From: Nitrosopumilaceae archaeon
GTDB taxonomy: Archaea > Thermoproteota > Nitrososphaeria > Nitrososphaerales > Nitrosopumilaceae
Length of the DNA stretch: 64,000 bases
Assembly (NCBI GenBank): GCA_965207375.1
Contig: OZ242274.1
Location: 416,001 to 480,000 of the forward strand
Direction of reading: 5' to 3'
The notes under the pieces were generated by a model, which searched no databases, was not told the origin of the DNA, and worked only from the letters and a program-made list of their open reading frames with translations. A program made the translations under genes and the position numbers. Shown one piece after another: positions 30,452-40,683 of the stretch (position 1 is its first letter; each line of letters starts with the position of its first letter).

Positions 30452-31204
30452 CTAGTAATCGCCTTTCCAGCCATATCTTGTACCATAAGTAAAGTCGGGA
30501 TTGTGGGTCTTTTTGTAAAGGTATCCTGTAGCAGCCCCTATTGCAAATCCTCCAATATGGGCCATAAAGGCCACACCGCCGCCTGCGATACCAAAGCCGC
30601 CTACAAAAAACGGAATCAGGTTTTGAAAGACTAGCCAAAATGGCAAAAACCATCTTGCCTGAATGTGGATCATCATGTAAAACATTAGAGTTAGAATTTT
30701 TGCACGTGGAAAAATCATCAGGTATGCACCAAGAATTCCAGATATTGCACCTGACGCACCTACTGCAGGAATGATACTGTTGGGATCAATTGCAATGTGT
30801 GCTAGGCCTGCAGCAATTCCCCAGAGTAGATAAATGCCAAGAAACTTTAGGCGTCCAAACTTTAATTCTATATTGTCACCAAAGATCCACAGATACAGCA
30901 TGTTGCCGCCAAAGTGCATCAGGCCTCCATGCATGAACATGGAGCTTAAAAGAGAGACATATGGTATGTCAGGACACGGTATCTGAAACGGACCGTTGGT
31001 GATAAAGTTGGCACCGTTAATACATGCAGGTACTGCACCCCAATCGTAAAACATTGCAGCAGCGTTTTGGTTTGTAAAATCAAAGAATTGTCCAGTTACT
31101 GCCACTTCGTAAAAAAATACAATGGCATTTACTATAATCAATCCTATGGTCATCTTGGGTTTAAAACCTGGAGGATGGGGATTTTCATCACGTAGTGGAA
31201 TCAT
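30452..31204 (-). CDS. Rhomboid intramembrane serine protease
   Basis: MIPLRDEN, SMFMHGG..HFGGNM, VGASGAISG and AHIGGF. Confidence 0.94.
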   Translation of the reverse strand: MIPLRDENPHPPGFKPKMTIGLIIVNAIVFFYEVAVTGQFFDFTNQNAAAMFYDWGAVPACINGANFITNGPFQIPCPDIPYVSLLSSMFMHGGLMHFGGNMLYLWIFGDNIELKFGRLKFLGIYLLWGIAAGLAHIAIDPNSIIPAVGASGAISGILGAYLMIFPRAKILTLMFYMMIHIQARWFLPFWLVFQNLIPFFVGGFGIAGGGVAFMAHIGGFAIGAATGYLYKKTHNPDFTYGTRYGWKGDY

Positions 31205-31298
31205 GAATTAATCATCCAAGCAAAAAATCGTATAATAGTTTTTAGCATTATCTCTGTATATGGTACCTGTGGGAGAATCAGCAGAGGTCAGAAGTAGA

Positions 31299-31505
31299 TC
31301 AAGTCCAAGATTTGGGATCCTTTTTCCAAATTAGCTTGTCATCAATGTAGACCTTTTCTTTTTCCTCAAAGACGGTATGCCATTTTCCGTTGTGTGGGAA
31401 CAGTTTGTTCATTTGTTTGACCTTGTCCTCTGTTGGGGCCTTGTTCATAAGGGCGCCCCATCTCATATTTGGAATTTTTGGCATTATATCGTTGATGTCC
31501 TTCAT
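31299..31505 (-). CDS. Small conserved hypothetical protein
   Basis: MKDINDIMPKIPNMRWGALMN...NGKWHTVFEE; follows the upstream gene after an 8-nt gap. Confidence 0.65.
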   Translation of the reverse strand: MKDINDIMPKIPNMRWGALMNKAPTEDKVKQMNKLFPHNGKWHTVFEEKEKVYIDDKLIWKKDPKSWT

Positions 31506-31513
31506 GTATACAC

Positions 31514-33172
31514 CTATACTGTAATTATTCCGTTGGCTATTAACCATTGCAGGCCGTTTGCAAAGGTGGCATCATCTATTAGTCCCTCAGACCAGACTCC
31601 CGCATTGCTTTTGACCCAGCCTGGAATTTGTGCTGAGGATGTTTCAGTCCTTTCGGTTTGGGGAACTAAAATTATTCCCTCTTTGATCATGTGTTGAATT
31701 CCGCTGACAAAGGTGGCATCATCTATTAGTTCCTCAGACCACAGGCCCGCATTACTTTTGACCCAGCCTGGGATGAAAACATTGCGTGGTTTGTCTTTTG
31801 TATCGTCTTTAATTTCATCAGGGACAACCTCAATTAAGGTAGATCCTATACCAGCATATGCAGGGTTAAAGTCTAGACCGTGACCAAGTAACACTACATC
31901 AAGTCGATGTGTTTCCTGTGTAGGAATTACAATGTATTGTGTATCAATTCCTTCAATGGCCTCAATGCCCAAGTTGTCTGAATCGACACCTTCAGAATAG
32001 ATGATTTTGTTGTCTTTGTCATATAGATGATATGCATACATTGCGTTTCTGATGGGTTTTCCATTTTCGTCTAGAAAGGCAATGCTAAATGGAATTTCAT
32101 CCATAGCGGCGTAATTGCTATCCCAAGAAATATCCACGGTGGAACCTACCTTGGCACCTGTTTCAGGATTTACAAGGTAAAATTGTTGGGTATTTTTAAT
32201 TGTGTTACTTTGAGGTACAAGCTTGAAGTTCATTTTTGTAGAGTCATGATTTGAAGGGCCCAAGACCTGGTTTATGCGTTCTAGTTCTTCTTTAAGCACT
32301 GAAAAGTGAATAACATTGTAATCACCATAAGTAAACGGATCTAAAACAAGAGTCCTGTCAGTCACCTCTACGTCGTTTACATAGCCCCTAAAGTCGCTGA
32401 TATCGTATGGTTTGAAACTTTTTGGAACACGAATTTCTTGGTGGACAAGCTCTACCTGTGTAATGTAATCAGGAGACCAATCAAAGGGCATATCAAATGT
32501 TAAAGAGTCATCGACAGTAGAATAATCAAGTGATATAATATCGTCATAGTATGTCTTTATGACAAGGGGGATTTCCTGTGCATGGGCAGATTGAATGAGA
32601 AATTCTTGTTTCTGTGCCACACTAACAAAGGTTTCAAAGCTTAATACTTCTAGAACCTGGGTTTTAGGAGTTTCTGCACCCTCAATGTCAACTCGAATGT
32701 TGTACAATCCGCCCTTGTCAAATATCAACCCTTGAATAACTGGGAGGCTTTCGCCTCTGGCAAACAAGCCTCCGGCAATCGTATGTTTCTCTCCATAGTA
32801 CTTTGCACATTTATGCAGTTCTACTTCAGAGCATGAATAGATGGGTCGAACCTCCACATCAAGCCAGCCATCAGTATCATAAAATAGATTTCTGGCAAGC
32901 AGGTCACCACTACGCCAGATTTCAATTCTGTACAGCACATTATCAAGAGAAGAATTAGTTATAGTATCAAAGAATCGTACTCCTATATTTGCGTCATTAA
33001 TCTCACCTACGGTAATATCTGCAGGAGTCATTTCTGTACGTACGGTAACATTCATTCCTTCAAAGCTTATTGGTTCGGCCTGATCTGCACCGCCACCGTG
33101 ACCAAAAGCATCACCTACAAATGGAACAGCAATTAATCCCATCAATGAAAACAAAAGAGCCATCTTGTACAA
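31514..33172 (-). CDS. Secreted/surface protein with duplicated C-terminal 'IPxWVKxNAGxW' anchor repeats
   Basis: Signal peptide ending AFG|H; two IPGWVKSNAGxWSExxIDDATF repeats typical of thaumarchaeal surface proteins. Confidence 0.8.
   Translation of the reverse strand: MYKMALLFSLMGLIAVPFVGDAFGHGGGADQAEPISFEGMNVTVRTEMTPADITVGEINDANIGVRFFDTITNSSLDNVLYRIEIWRSGDLLARNLFYDTDGWLDVEVRPIYSCSEVELHKCAKYYGEKHTIAGGLFARGESLPVIQGLIFDKGGLYNIRVDIEGAETPKTQVLEVLSFETFVSVAQKQEFLIQSAHAQEIPLVIKTYYDDIISLDYSTVDDSLTFDMPFDWSPDYITQVELVHQEIRVPKSFKPYDISDFRGYVNDVEVTDRTLVLDPFTYGDYNVIHFSVLKEELERINQVLGPSNHDSTKMNFKLVPQSNTIKNTQQFYLVNPETGAKVGSTVDISWDSNYAAMDEIPFSIAFLDENGKPIRNAMYAYHLYDKDNKIIYSEGVDSDNLGIEAIEGIDTQYIVIPTQETHRLDVVLLGHGLDFNPAYAGIGSTLIEVVPDEIKDDTKDKPRNVFIPGWVKSNAGLWSEELIDDATFVSGIQHMIKEGIILVPQTERTETSSAQIPGWVKSNAGVWSEGLIDDATFANGLQWLIANGIITV
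31561..31771. repeat. Intragenic direct repeat of about 64 bp (31561-31624 and 31708-31771)
   Basis: CAAAGGTGGCATCATCTATTAGT..CTCAGACC...CCCGCATT.CTTTTGACCCAGCCTGG occurs twice. Confidence 0.85.
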
Positions 33173-33288
33173 GTATGATAAATGTATGTTTTTCCTTATT
33201 TAAATATACGATTAAATTCCTGCCTGCGAATTTATCTAGTCGTGTAAATTTTCAAAATTTTTATTACCTGCATAAAAAAATAAAAAGT

Positions 33289-34092
33289 GTGAAATTTCTA
33301 TCGGTTTTGTTGCTGGTTCCACTCTTTATGTCACCAGCATTTGGAGCCGTTGCACCAACTGATGGCGGTTCATTAGATGTTGATTTTTCTTATCCAGACA
33401 AAGTAATGGCAGGAGAAGAGATCAAAATGGATATTGATTTTATAAATCCGACCACGCAGAAAACACAAATCCATATTGATTATTTCGTGACGGTTTTAGA
33501 GGAGGGCAGTGAAATATTTGGACCGACAAACAGAATCCACACTTCAGAAGGCAAAATAAGCGTTCCAATTCAATTTCAACGAGACGGGCAATATGAAGTA
33601 AAAATTGACATTGATGGCATACTGTTTAACGCAATTCCAACTGAAACTGTTTCATTTCCGTTAATTGTAGGCGATGTAGCTGCAAGTCAGGATCCACTGC
33701 AAACAAACACAGATGATAACGGATGCCTCATTGCAACTGCGGCATTTGGAACAGAATTATCAGAGGAGGTGCAGATGTTAAGGGAAATTAGAGACAATTC
33801 GTTGCTTGCAACAGAATCAGGTTCTGCATTTATGAATTCGTTTAATCAGTTTTATTATTTGTTTTCTCCTACAATAGCTGATTGGCAAAGACAAAATCCT
33901 GCATTTAATGAGGCTGTAAAAATCACCATTACTCCATTGCTCTCAACGTTGGCTATATTGAACTATGCAGGTATGGATTCTGAAGAAAAAGTATTAGGAT
34001 ACGGAATCGGAGTCATTGCTCTTAATTTGGGAATATATCTTGGATTGCCGGTAGCAGGTATTCTAAAATTGTACCAGATCCGCAGGAATTAA
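33289..34092 (+). CDS. Secreted protein with CFI-box-CTERM domain
   Basis: Signal peptide from GTG 33289; QIHIDY and HTSEG; C-terminal GCLIATAAFGTELSEEVQMLREIRD..FNQFYYLFSP plus TM. Confidence 0.8.
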   Translation: MKFLSVLLLVPLFMSPAFGAVAPTDGGSLDVDFSYPDKVMAGEEIKMDIDFINPTTQKTQIHIDYFVTVLEEGSEIFGPTNRIHTSEGKISVPIQFQRDGQYEVKIDIDGILFNAIPTETVSFPLIVGDVAASQDPLQTNTDDNGCLIATAAFGTELSEEVQMLREIRDNSLLATESGSAFMNSFNQFYYLFSPTIADWQRQNPAFNEAVKITITPLLSTLAILNYAGMDSEEKVLGYGIGVIALNLGIYLGLPVAGILKLYQIRRN

Positions 34093-34152
34093 TTCCATTC
34101 TTGTTGAAAATGCAAGAGAGGTTTTTATTTAACCGAGAGAGGAATTAGATTA

Positions 34153-35010
34153 ATGAAGATACTAGCAATAGGATCTCTATTTGTTCTATTTGCAATAGTA
34201 GCAGGCATTAATGCAGCTCCAGCATTTGCTGATCATGGAAAAGCAACAGTTGACATGCCAGAAGGTACGGGAGTACCAGGCTGTGAAGTTGACAACACAT
34301 GCTTTGTACCATACGAGGTTACAGTTGATGTGGGCGGCGAGGTGACATGGACAAACAGCGACACAACAATACACTTTGTCAGTACAGGAGACTTGAGTAC
34401 AGATCCAAACATGGTAGGAACTGATTACCCAAATGGATTTGACAGTGGTATTGTAAATCTAGGTACTGAATTCTCACACAAGTTTGAAGAGGCAGGTACA
34501 TATCCGTACTTTTGTGGAGTGCACCCTTGGATGAAAGGCATAGTCTACGTTGAAGCAACAGGCGGCGACAAGATGGATGGCATGATGCAACCAAAATCAA
34601 TCGACGACATTATGGCAACCATTACATCTGAAGATGCAATGCAAAACAGTCCACTTTCTATCGATGTGGCAATCACTGACCTAAAAGGCGGCGCACTTGA
34701 ACACGTCAATTTTAAAATTACTGCATCACAAGGTGATAAAGTAATTTTAGAAGAGTCAGTACATACTCATGACGGTATGGCCACAACAATGACTGCACCT
34801 GTACCGATGGAGGTATCTGAAGACATGCCAGTAAACATAACAGTCGAACTAGAAGGATTCGGCGTTGATGAAGTAACTGGACCCTCAGGCCAATTAGCTA
34901 CCAAGCAAGTAGTTCCAGAGTTTGGAACAATCGCAATGATGATTCTTGGCATATCCATCATAAGCATTATTGCAATAACTGCAAAATCTAGAGTAATTCC
35001 AAGAATCTAG
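34153..35010 (+). CDS. Blue (type 1) copper protein, plastocyanin-like, with PEFG-CTERM anchor
   Basis: WTNSDTTIH...GTYPYFCGVHPWMKG (H-C-H-M ligands); VVPEFGTIAMMIL anchor. Confidence 0.92.
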   Translation: MKILAIGSLFVLFAIVAGINAAPAFADHGKATVDMPEGTGVPGCEVDNTCFVPYEVTVDVGGEVTWTNSDTTIHFVSTGDLSTDPNMVGTDYPNGFDSGIVNLGTEFSHKFEEAGTYPYFCGVHPWMKGIVYVEATGGDKMDGMMQPKSIDDIMATITSEDAMQNSPLSIDVAITDLKGGALEHVNFKITASQGDKVILEESVHTHDGMATTMTAPVPMEVSEDMPVNITVELEGFGVDEVTGPSGQLATKQVVPEFGTIAMMILGISIISIIAITAKSRVIPRI

Positions 35011-35021
35011 GGAATCTCTTT

Positions 35022-35648
35022 CTATTTTCTTTTTAGCATAGATACAATCGCCAAGATTACACCTGCTGCACCTAATGACAGTCCAAATATTGCAAAGTCA
35101 TATGCTGCACCGCTATCTGTACCAGACGAAACGCCATTTTCTTTGAGGTCTGCAACATCACGCTGTAGCTGAGACAGCGCTTGCTTGAGTGGGCCAATAT
35201 CATCAGAGCCACTAGAAGATTTTGGTGGAAAATCAAGAATTGCCGTGCTTTCCACATCCTCTATTGGAATGTCAACTGAGACTGCAACACCTTCAAGCTC
35301 TCCTGTTATTTCTACAGAATAGGTGCCAGTTTTTGTAGGAATAATATCTGCAAAGTAATGTCCCGGCCTAGGATCAGAGCCCACATCTAGCTGCTTGCTT
35401 GTGCCTCCAAATTTAATTACGGCATCAAGATTTGTAAATGCATTTTTTATGCCTGATGTGACGCCTGCAGATTCTCCACGCTCAGATATATCAAAGACAA
35501 TCAGGTTGCGATAGGATACAACCGGAGGCTCAATTCCCCAACCTACCTCAATTGAATATTGCTCCACCTCCACGGTAGTATGAGCATAGACCGAAGAGAT
35601 TGAACCAGAAACTAGCAAAAATACAAAAAGTGCAAGGATGTTCCTCAT
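35022..35648 (-). CDS. Secreted, C-terminally anchored hypothetical protein (copper cluster)
   Basis: Signal peptide VYA|HTTV, EVGWGIEPP, PGHY..IIPT..GTY and a C-terminal TM. Confidence 0.75.
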   Translation of the reverse strand: MRNILALFVFLLVSGSISSVYAHTTVEVEQYSIEVGWGIEPPVVSYRNLIVFDISERGESAGVTSGIKNAFTNLDAVIKFGGTSKQLDVGSDPRPGHYFADIIPTKTGTYSVEITGELEGVAVSVDIPIEDVESTAILDFPPKSSSGSDDIGPLKQALSQLQRDVADLKENGVSSGTDSGAAYDFAIFGLSLGAAGVILAIVSMLKRK

Positions 35649-35748
35649 TGATTCAGATGTAAAATTCCAGATGATTTTAACATTGCTAGATTGGTACATG
35701 TATCAAATTATTAAACTGTTTAAATTATCAGCAAACGCGATATACAAT

Positions 35749-38502
35749 ATGAAAAAAACCATGCCGATTTTATTTATAATTCTAGTATCACTTGTTCCAT
35801 TTGCTAGCGCTCATCCATTTACACTAGATACGATTCCTGCACAGTCATCTAATGCACCAGCAGGTACATCTCAGGTAATAATATTTTATTCTGAGGAGCT
35901 AGAGATCGAGTTTAGTTCGCTCAAGGTGTTTGACAATAATGGAAATCAGATTGATAACAGAGATACCAGCTATTATGAAGATGAAAAATCCCTGATAGTT
36001 ACAACTGCTCCACTAGAAGAAGGCATATACACAGTAGCAAGCAAGGTACTATCCAAAGTAGACGGACATCTAGTTCCCAGCGCATTTGTTTTTGGAATAG
36101 GAGATGTGACAGTATCAGATATCGATGTTGACAATTCGGAATTGATATTTTATCCAGAAGCAGGTGCAAGGTTTCCAGGACTGGTGGGTCAGACGATTAT
36201 ACTAGGTGCTGCAATTGCATCAATTGTAATTTGGGGAACACAAAGAAAAGATTTCATAAAAACAGAATTGGGTAATCTAGAGGCAGCGTATAAGAGTAAA
36301 TTTTTTGCCATAATTGGAATTGGAGCCATAACGGTTCTTGCATCAAATATTTTAATGCTAATAATACAGACGTTACGGCTAGAAACCTCTGCCATTGAAA
36401 CATTGCAAACATCCTTTGGAATGACGTGGAGTGTGAGGATGGGGATTACGATTTCATTACTAGTTGCATGGTTTGTCCTTGAAAGGAGAAAAAAACTAGC
36501 CATAAAGTCACAGATTCTGATTCTTGCCATATCTTTGATACTTGTTGCAACCACTACGATGATCGGTCATGGTGCTGCAAGCGAGCAAATAGGCGCAATA
36601 ATCCTAGATTATGTACATAATGTAGTGGCAGCTGCGTGGATAGGAGGGGTTATTTTCTTTGCATTTGCGTTGCTACCGATTTTATCAGGATTAAAGGAAG
36701 AGTATTGCGAAAAAATGTCTTTGCTGCTTTTGCCGAAATTTTCAATTATGATAGTAATTGCACTAGGAATTGTAATTATTTCAGGACCTATTCTGATGTG
36801 GTTCCTAGAAAGCAATGTAAGTACAATAGTAGAATCAACATATGGAAAGCTGATCATTGCAAAGATCATCATTGCTGCAATAATGATAGGAATAGGAGGA
36901 TATCACCAGTTTGGCACACAAAGAAGGGCAGAACGCAATTTGGGCTCAAAGATACGTGTTCATAAAAAACTAAGACGTACACTAAAGGCAGAAGTGGTTC
37001 TTGGAATAGCGCTACTAGGAGTGGTTGCGCTGTTGACTAATGGAACATTGCCTGCAGGTGAGATACAAAGTGCCGATGCTGGAGGTACAGATTATGGGTT
37101 GGTCACAGTTGAATTTGCAGAGTCTACGAAATTTTATGTAGACATATTCCCATTTACAAGTGGCGTAAATTCAATCAAGGTCATGGCAACTGATTTGCAA
37201 GACGGTCCAATTTCAGATTTAGACGGTATAAAGGTCAAAATTTCAAATCCTGAAAAAAACATCACACCAATTGAAATTGAAATGACACAAAGCGAAACAG
37301 GAATATTTGATGGAGAGACGACATTTGGATTTTCAGGCAACTGGCTAGTTGAAATTGAGGCGCAAAAAACCGAGTCAATCAGCGAGGCAATAGCACTAAA
37401 TCTGTTGGTAAAGCCGCGCCTAGAAAATCTACAAACTGATATCACACAGTATGCGTTACCAGAACAGGCAAGACCGCTTTATCTGATTTTTGACGGCAAG
37501 GAGGCAATTTGGATCAGCGACAAGCTGCGGCCAGCATTGTGGAGGTTTGACATTGAGGAGGAAAAATTTGAAAAAATCGACCTTGCAGGACAGTCAACGC
37601 AGGCGTTGGCAATTGACCATGATGGAAAAATATGGTTTACAGATATTGCAGAAGAAAAAATAGGATACTATGATCCGGCAAATAGACACATAGAAATTTT
37701 TGCATTTCCACAAATGGTACCGTACACGGTAAAATCCACACCCATTGGATTAGAGGTGGACAAAGACAATGACATTTGGGTATCTATCATAACAAAGGGG
37801 GTTTTGCTAGAATATGATCAAAAAGCCGGTAATTTTGAGGAATATAAATTAGAAAACCAGCAGGGTGCCCCATTTGACATAATTGAAGACAAAGATGGAA
37901 CGATACTATACACAGAATCTGCTACAGGGAAAATAGGAACGATCAATCCAGATACAAAGGAGAATGAGTATTTGCCTTTGGAATATCTGATGGCAAGTCC
38001 AGAGGCATTTGTGTTTGACAAATCAGGGAATTTGTGGATTACAGAACATTCTGGAGCTGCAATTTCAAAATATAATCCTATTTTGCAGACACTGGAAAAA
38101 ATACCAGTGATTAATTCTGACTCGCTACCGTTTGGAATGGCATTTGACAGATATGACAACATCTGGTTTGCAGAGCATCAGATTGATTCAATTGGAGTCT
38201 ACGATCCTCACAACAATGACATGAAATCAATCCCGGTCCCATCACAGGCGTCATTTGTACAGTACATCACATCTGATAATAATGGAAATATCTGGTTTGC
38301 AGAAGAAGGGACAGGCAAAATAGGAATAATAAAGATCACAGAAATTCCTGCAACAGTTACGCAAAGACAGACAGAAACGAAAATACTATACACCGAATTG
38401 GCATCACCGTTGATGGCATTAGGAATTGTTGCAACCTCGCTGTTTTTTGTCAAAAGCATACAAGACAAACGCCGTCTAAATGAAAAGGTACCTAACGCTT
38501 GA
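35749..38502 (+). CDS. CopC/CopD copper-resistance fusion with C-terminal Vgb-like beta-propeller
   Basis: ASA|HP...VLSKVDGH (CopC); GHGAA..DYVH..AAAWIGG and YGKLIIAK (CopD); repeated DxxGNIWFxE propeller blades. Confidence 0.9.
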   Translation: MKKTMPILFIILVSLVPFASAHPFTLDTIPAQSSNAPAGTSQVIIFYSEELEIEFSSLKVFDNNGNQIDNRDTSYYEDEKSLIVTTAPLEEGIYTVASKVLSKVDGHLVPSAFVFGIGDVTVSDIDVDNSELIFYPEAGARFPGLVGQTIILGAAIASIVIWGTQRKDFIKTELGNLEAAYKSKFFAIIGIGAITVLASNILMLIIQTLRLETSAIETLQTSFGMTWSVRMGITISLLVAWFVLERRKKLAIKSQILILAISLILVATTTMIGHGAASEQIGAIILDYVHNVVAAAWIGGVIFFAFALLPILSGLKEEYCEKMSLLLLPKFSIMIVIALGIVIISGPILMWFLESNVSTIVESTYGKLIIAKIIIAAIMIGIGGYHQFGTQRRAERNLGSKIRVHKKLRRTLKAEVVLGIALLGVVALLTNGTLPAGEIQSADAGGTDYGLVTVEFAESTKFYVDIFPFTSGVNSIKVMATDLQDGPISDLDGIKVKISNPEKNITPIEIEMTQSETGIFDGETTFGFSGNWLVEIEAQKTESISEAIALNLLVKPRLENLQTDITQYALPEQARPLYLIFDGKEAIWISDKLRPALWRFDIEEEKFEKIDLAGQSTQALAIDHDGKIWFTDIAEEKIGYYDPANRHIEIFAFPQMVPYTVKSTPIGLEVDKDNDIWVSIITKGVLLEYDQKAGNFEEYKLENQQGAPFDIIEDKDGTILYTESATGKIGTINPDTKENEYLPLEYLMASPEAFVFDKSGNLWITEHSGAAISKYNPILQTLEKIPVINSDSLPFGMAFDRYDNIWFAEHQIDSIGVYDPHNNDMKSIPVPSQASFVQYITSDNNGNIWFAEEGTGKIGIIKITEIPATVTQRQTETKILYTELASPLMALGIVATSLFFVKSIQDKRRLNEKVPNA

Positions 38503-38640
38503 TCAGATTAAGGCGTTTGGAACTGTAGATATTACAATTGAAATCAGTACGATGATTCCAGATGGCGTTATATCAAAGATGTAAGAAATGAATCCAGAGA
38601 CAACAGATGTTACACCGAATCCTATCGAAATAAGCATTTG
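38502..38640 (-). pseudogene. 3' remnant of a ZnuB/ABC-3 metal permease
   Basis: Manual translation QMLISIGFGVTSVVSGFISYIFDITPSGIIVLISIV matches the 'SYxxDxPSGxxIVL' C-terminus of ABC-3 permeases; the rest of the gene is absent. Confidence 0.65.
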
Positions 38641-38933
38641 GTATTTTGTACTTTTTACCTCGTACCTAATTTTTCAATTATACCATCTGAGCACAACTTA
38701 ACTCTTACGTGAACAAATACGGAATTTCTAAATCCTTGGTAATACTCAGCTAAGCAAAATGTGAGTAAAATAGGTCAATCTACCCCAAAATGCAGAGAAC
38801 GATATTGGTGGAAAATAATTTGGATCACATTTCGCTTAGCTGTCATACCCAAAAATATTACAAGCTATTAATAAATGTATAAAAAATTAATAATTGTATC
38901 CATTAATTAATAAGAAATTTAATAATATCAAAC

Positions 38934-39328
38934 ATGACAATAGTCTCAATCTCATTAAACGATGAGATACTCTGAGTTGGATAAACTATAGTCATCAATG
39001 GGATTTACGGGTAGATCAGAGACAATCAGAGCAGGCATTAGAAGCTTTATTGCCGAAGAAAAACAAAAGGCAGAAACTAGAGGGAAATGTTCATGCAATT
39101 TTGCTTGTAGTACACAATGACGAATATGATGATATTGTGTCGCATCTAAAGCACGATTTTGAGGATCTAATTACAACACATCTTCATAGCAAAATTGAAG
39201 GAGAAAAATGCATGGAGTTGTTTGTAATAGACGGAGAATCTTCAAAAGTACAATTATTAGGGATTTTCAAACAAAAAGATGGACACGGTAAAACTAGTAA
39301 CTATGTAGTTGCTTTCGTCCAAAGATAA
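38934..39328 (+). pseudogene. nikR: NikR-family (CopG/RHH) metal-responsive regulator, frameshifted
   Basis: MTIVSISLNDEIL /frameshift/ ELDKL*SSMGFTGRSETIRAGIRSFIAEEKQKAE /frameshift/ LEGNVHAILLVVH...ITTHLHSKIEGEKCMELFVIDG (HxH..C nickel-type site). Confidence 0.85.
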
Positions 39329-40661
39329 CCACCGATGTCATTGCAGCCATCAAAACTAGAGATGCAATCAATCCAAACTCGGGAGCAACAACTATTCCAA
39401 ACTCGGTGGACTGTCCGGAACCACGAATATTTTCAAATCTGATTACGGTGGGCCCTGTTTGATCCTCTGAGAACGTATAATCAACAAAATCTCCACCTAC
39501 CTGTGCATTACCTGACTGCCTGTGAATTTCCTGGCCGCCTTGCAATACTACAAAATCAAAGCTTGAATTTCGCAAGGGTTCAGCTGTGGCACCGTCCCTA
39601 ATTGTAAAAACAAATTTTGTTTTTTGTTCTGGCAGAATCTCTAACGGATCCCAAAATAGATCTACTTGAAATGATTCATCACGAGTCCACGCCGAAATTG
39701 GAAATTCGACCTCAGAATCAGTCTCTAGTGTAAAGATCATTTTGTCCTGTATCGGCTGATCTGATTGCTTTAGTTGATTTTTCAAATGTTTTAGATGATC
39801 CTGAAGCAATACAAAATGCACAATGCGCTCAGATTCCTCAGTATAATCATCAATGGTAATTGATGACTTGAACAGCTCAACGCCATTTACCGTACCTGAA
39901 TAACTAGGAGTAAAAAAATCTGCAAAGTCCTTTGGGAAATGAACCTCCTCATGTATTACAGGAATATGGGAAATTCGCTTTTCACTCCAATCAAAGGGCA
40001 TCTCAAATGTCACCACCCTTTTTACAGGATCATAATGAAACGAATCAATGGAATCAAAGTATGATTTGGTCCTAAATTTTACGTCATTGTCTGCCTCATC
40101 TTGCTCGATAAATTCAGAGATTTCGACAATTGTTACATCTGCAGTGTACACGCCTGAATCCTCGATAACATTTGTTGGCTGCTCAATTGTGCGAAGCTCA
40201 ATTTCAAACGTGTACAGACCTCCTGATTCAAAAACAGGCCCTGTAATCTCTAGGGGCTGCTCAGATGTGGCGTGCCAGGCCCCCAAAAGCGAATCCTGTT
40301 GCCCATGAATCCGAACTTCATCTTCGTCTGTGTGTTTGACATTAATTAAGAGATTTCCAGTATCTGTAAAAAAGTAATTTCTAAAGATCATTTGCCCGTC
40401 AGAAAATAATCCAATCAGATATGTCACATTTGGAACGTTTTCGTTGGTTTGCTTGTCAACTGTAGTAATTACGACCTGTCGCTGATTGGTGTCATCATAG
40501 TATGACGGAATCTCCACAGTAACTGAGACTTCCTTGTCATCTATTATAATTGAGGATATGGTATCTAATCCGAGTCCGTGGCCTGATGCTGTAGGCATGT
40601 ACATTACACACAATGCTGCTACAAAGAAAACAAATGCTGTGCTATATTTCATAAATTTCAT
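39294..40661 (-). CDS. Secreted PEFG-CTERM surface protein (paralog of 31514-33172)
   Basis: Signal peptide ASG|HGLG; GGLYTFEI and TFEMPFDWS..IHEEVHFPK; C-terminal APEFGLIA plus TM. Confidence 0.85.
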   Translation of the reverse strand: MKFMKYSTAFVFFVAALCVMYMPTASGHGLGLDTISSIIIDDKEVSVTVEIPSYYDDTNQRQVVITTVDKQTNENVPNVTYLIGLFSDGQMIFRNYFFTDTGNLLINVKHTDEDEVRIHGQQDSLLGAWHATSEQPLEITGPVFESGGLYTFEIELRTIEQPTNVIEDSGVYTADVTIVEISEFIEQDEADNDVKFRTKSYFDSIDSFHYDPVKRVVTFEMPFDWSEKRISHIPVIHEEVHFPKDFADFFTPSYSGTVNGVELFKSSITIDDYTEESERIVHFVLLQDHLKHLKNQLKQSDQPIQDKMIFTLETDSEVEFPISAWTRDESFQVDLFWDPLEILPEQKTKFVFTIRDGATAEPLRNSSFDFVVLQGGQEIHRQSGNAQVGGDFVDYTFSEDQTGPTVIRFENIRGSGQSTEFGIVVAPEFGLIASLVLMAAMTSVVIFGRKQLHSY

Positions 40662-40683
40662 TTTTGGAATCACCGTTATAAGC

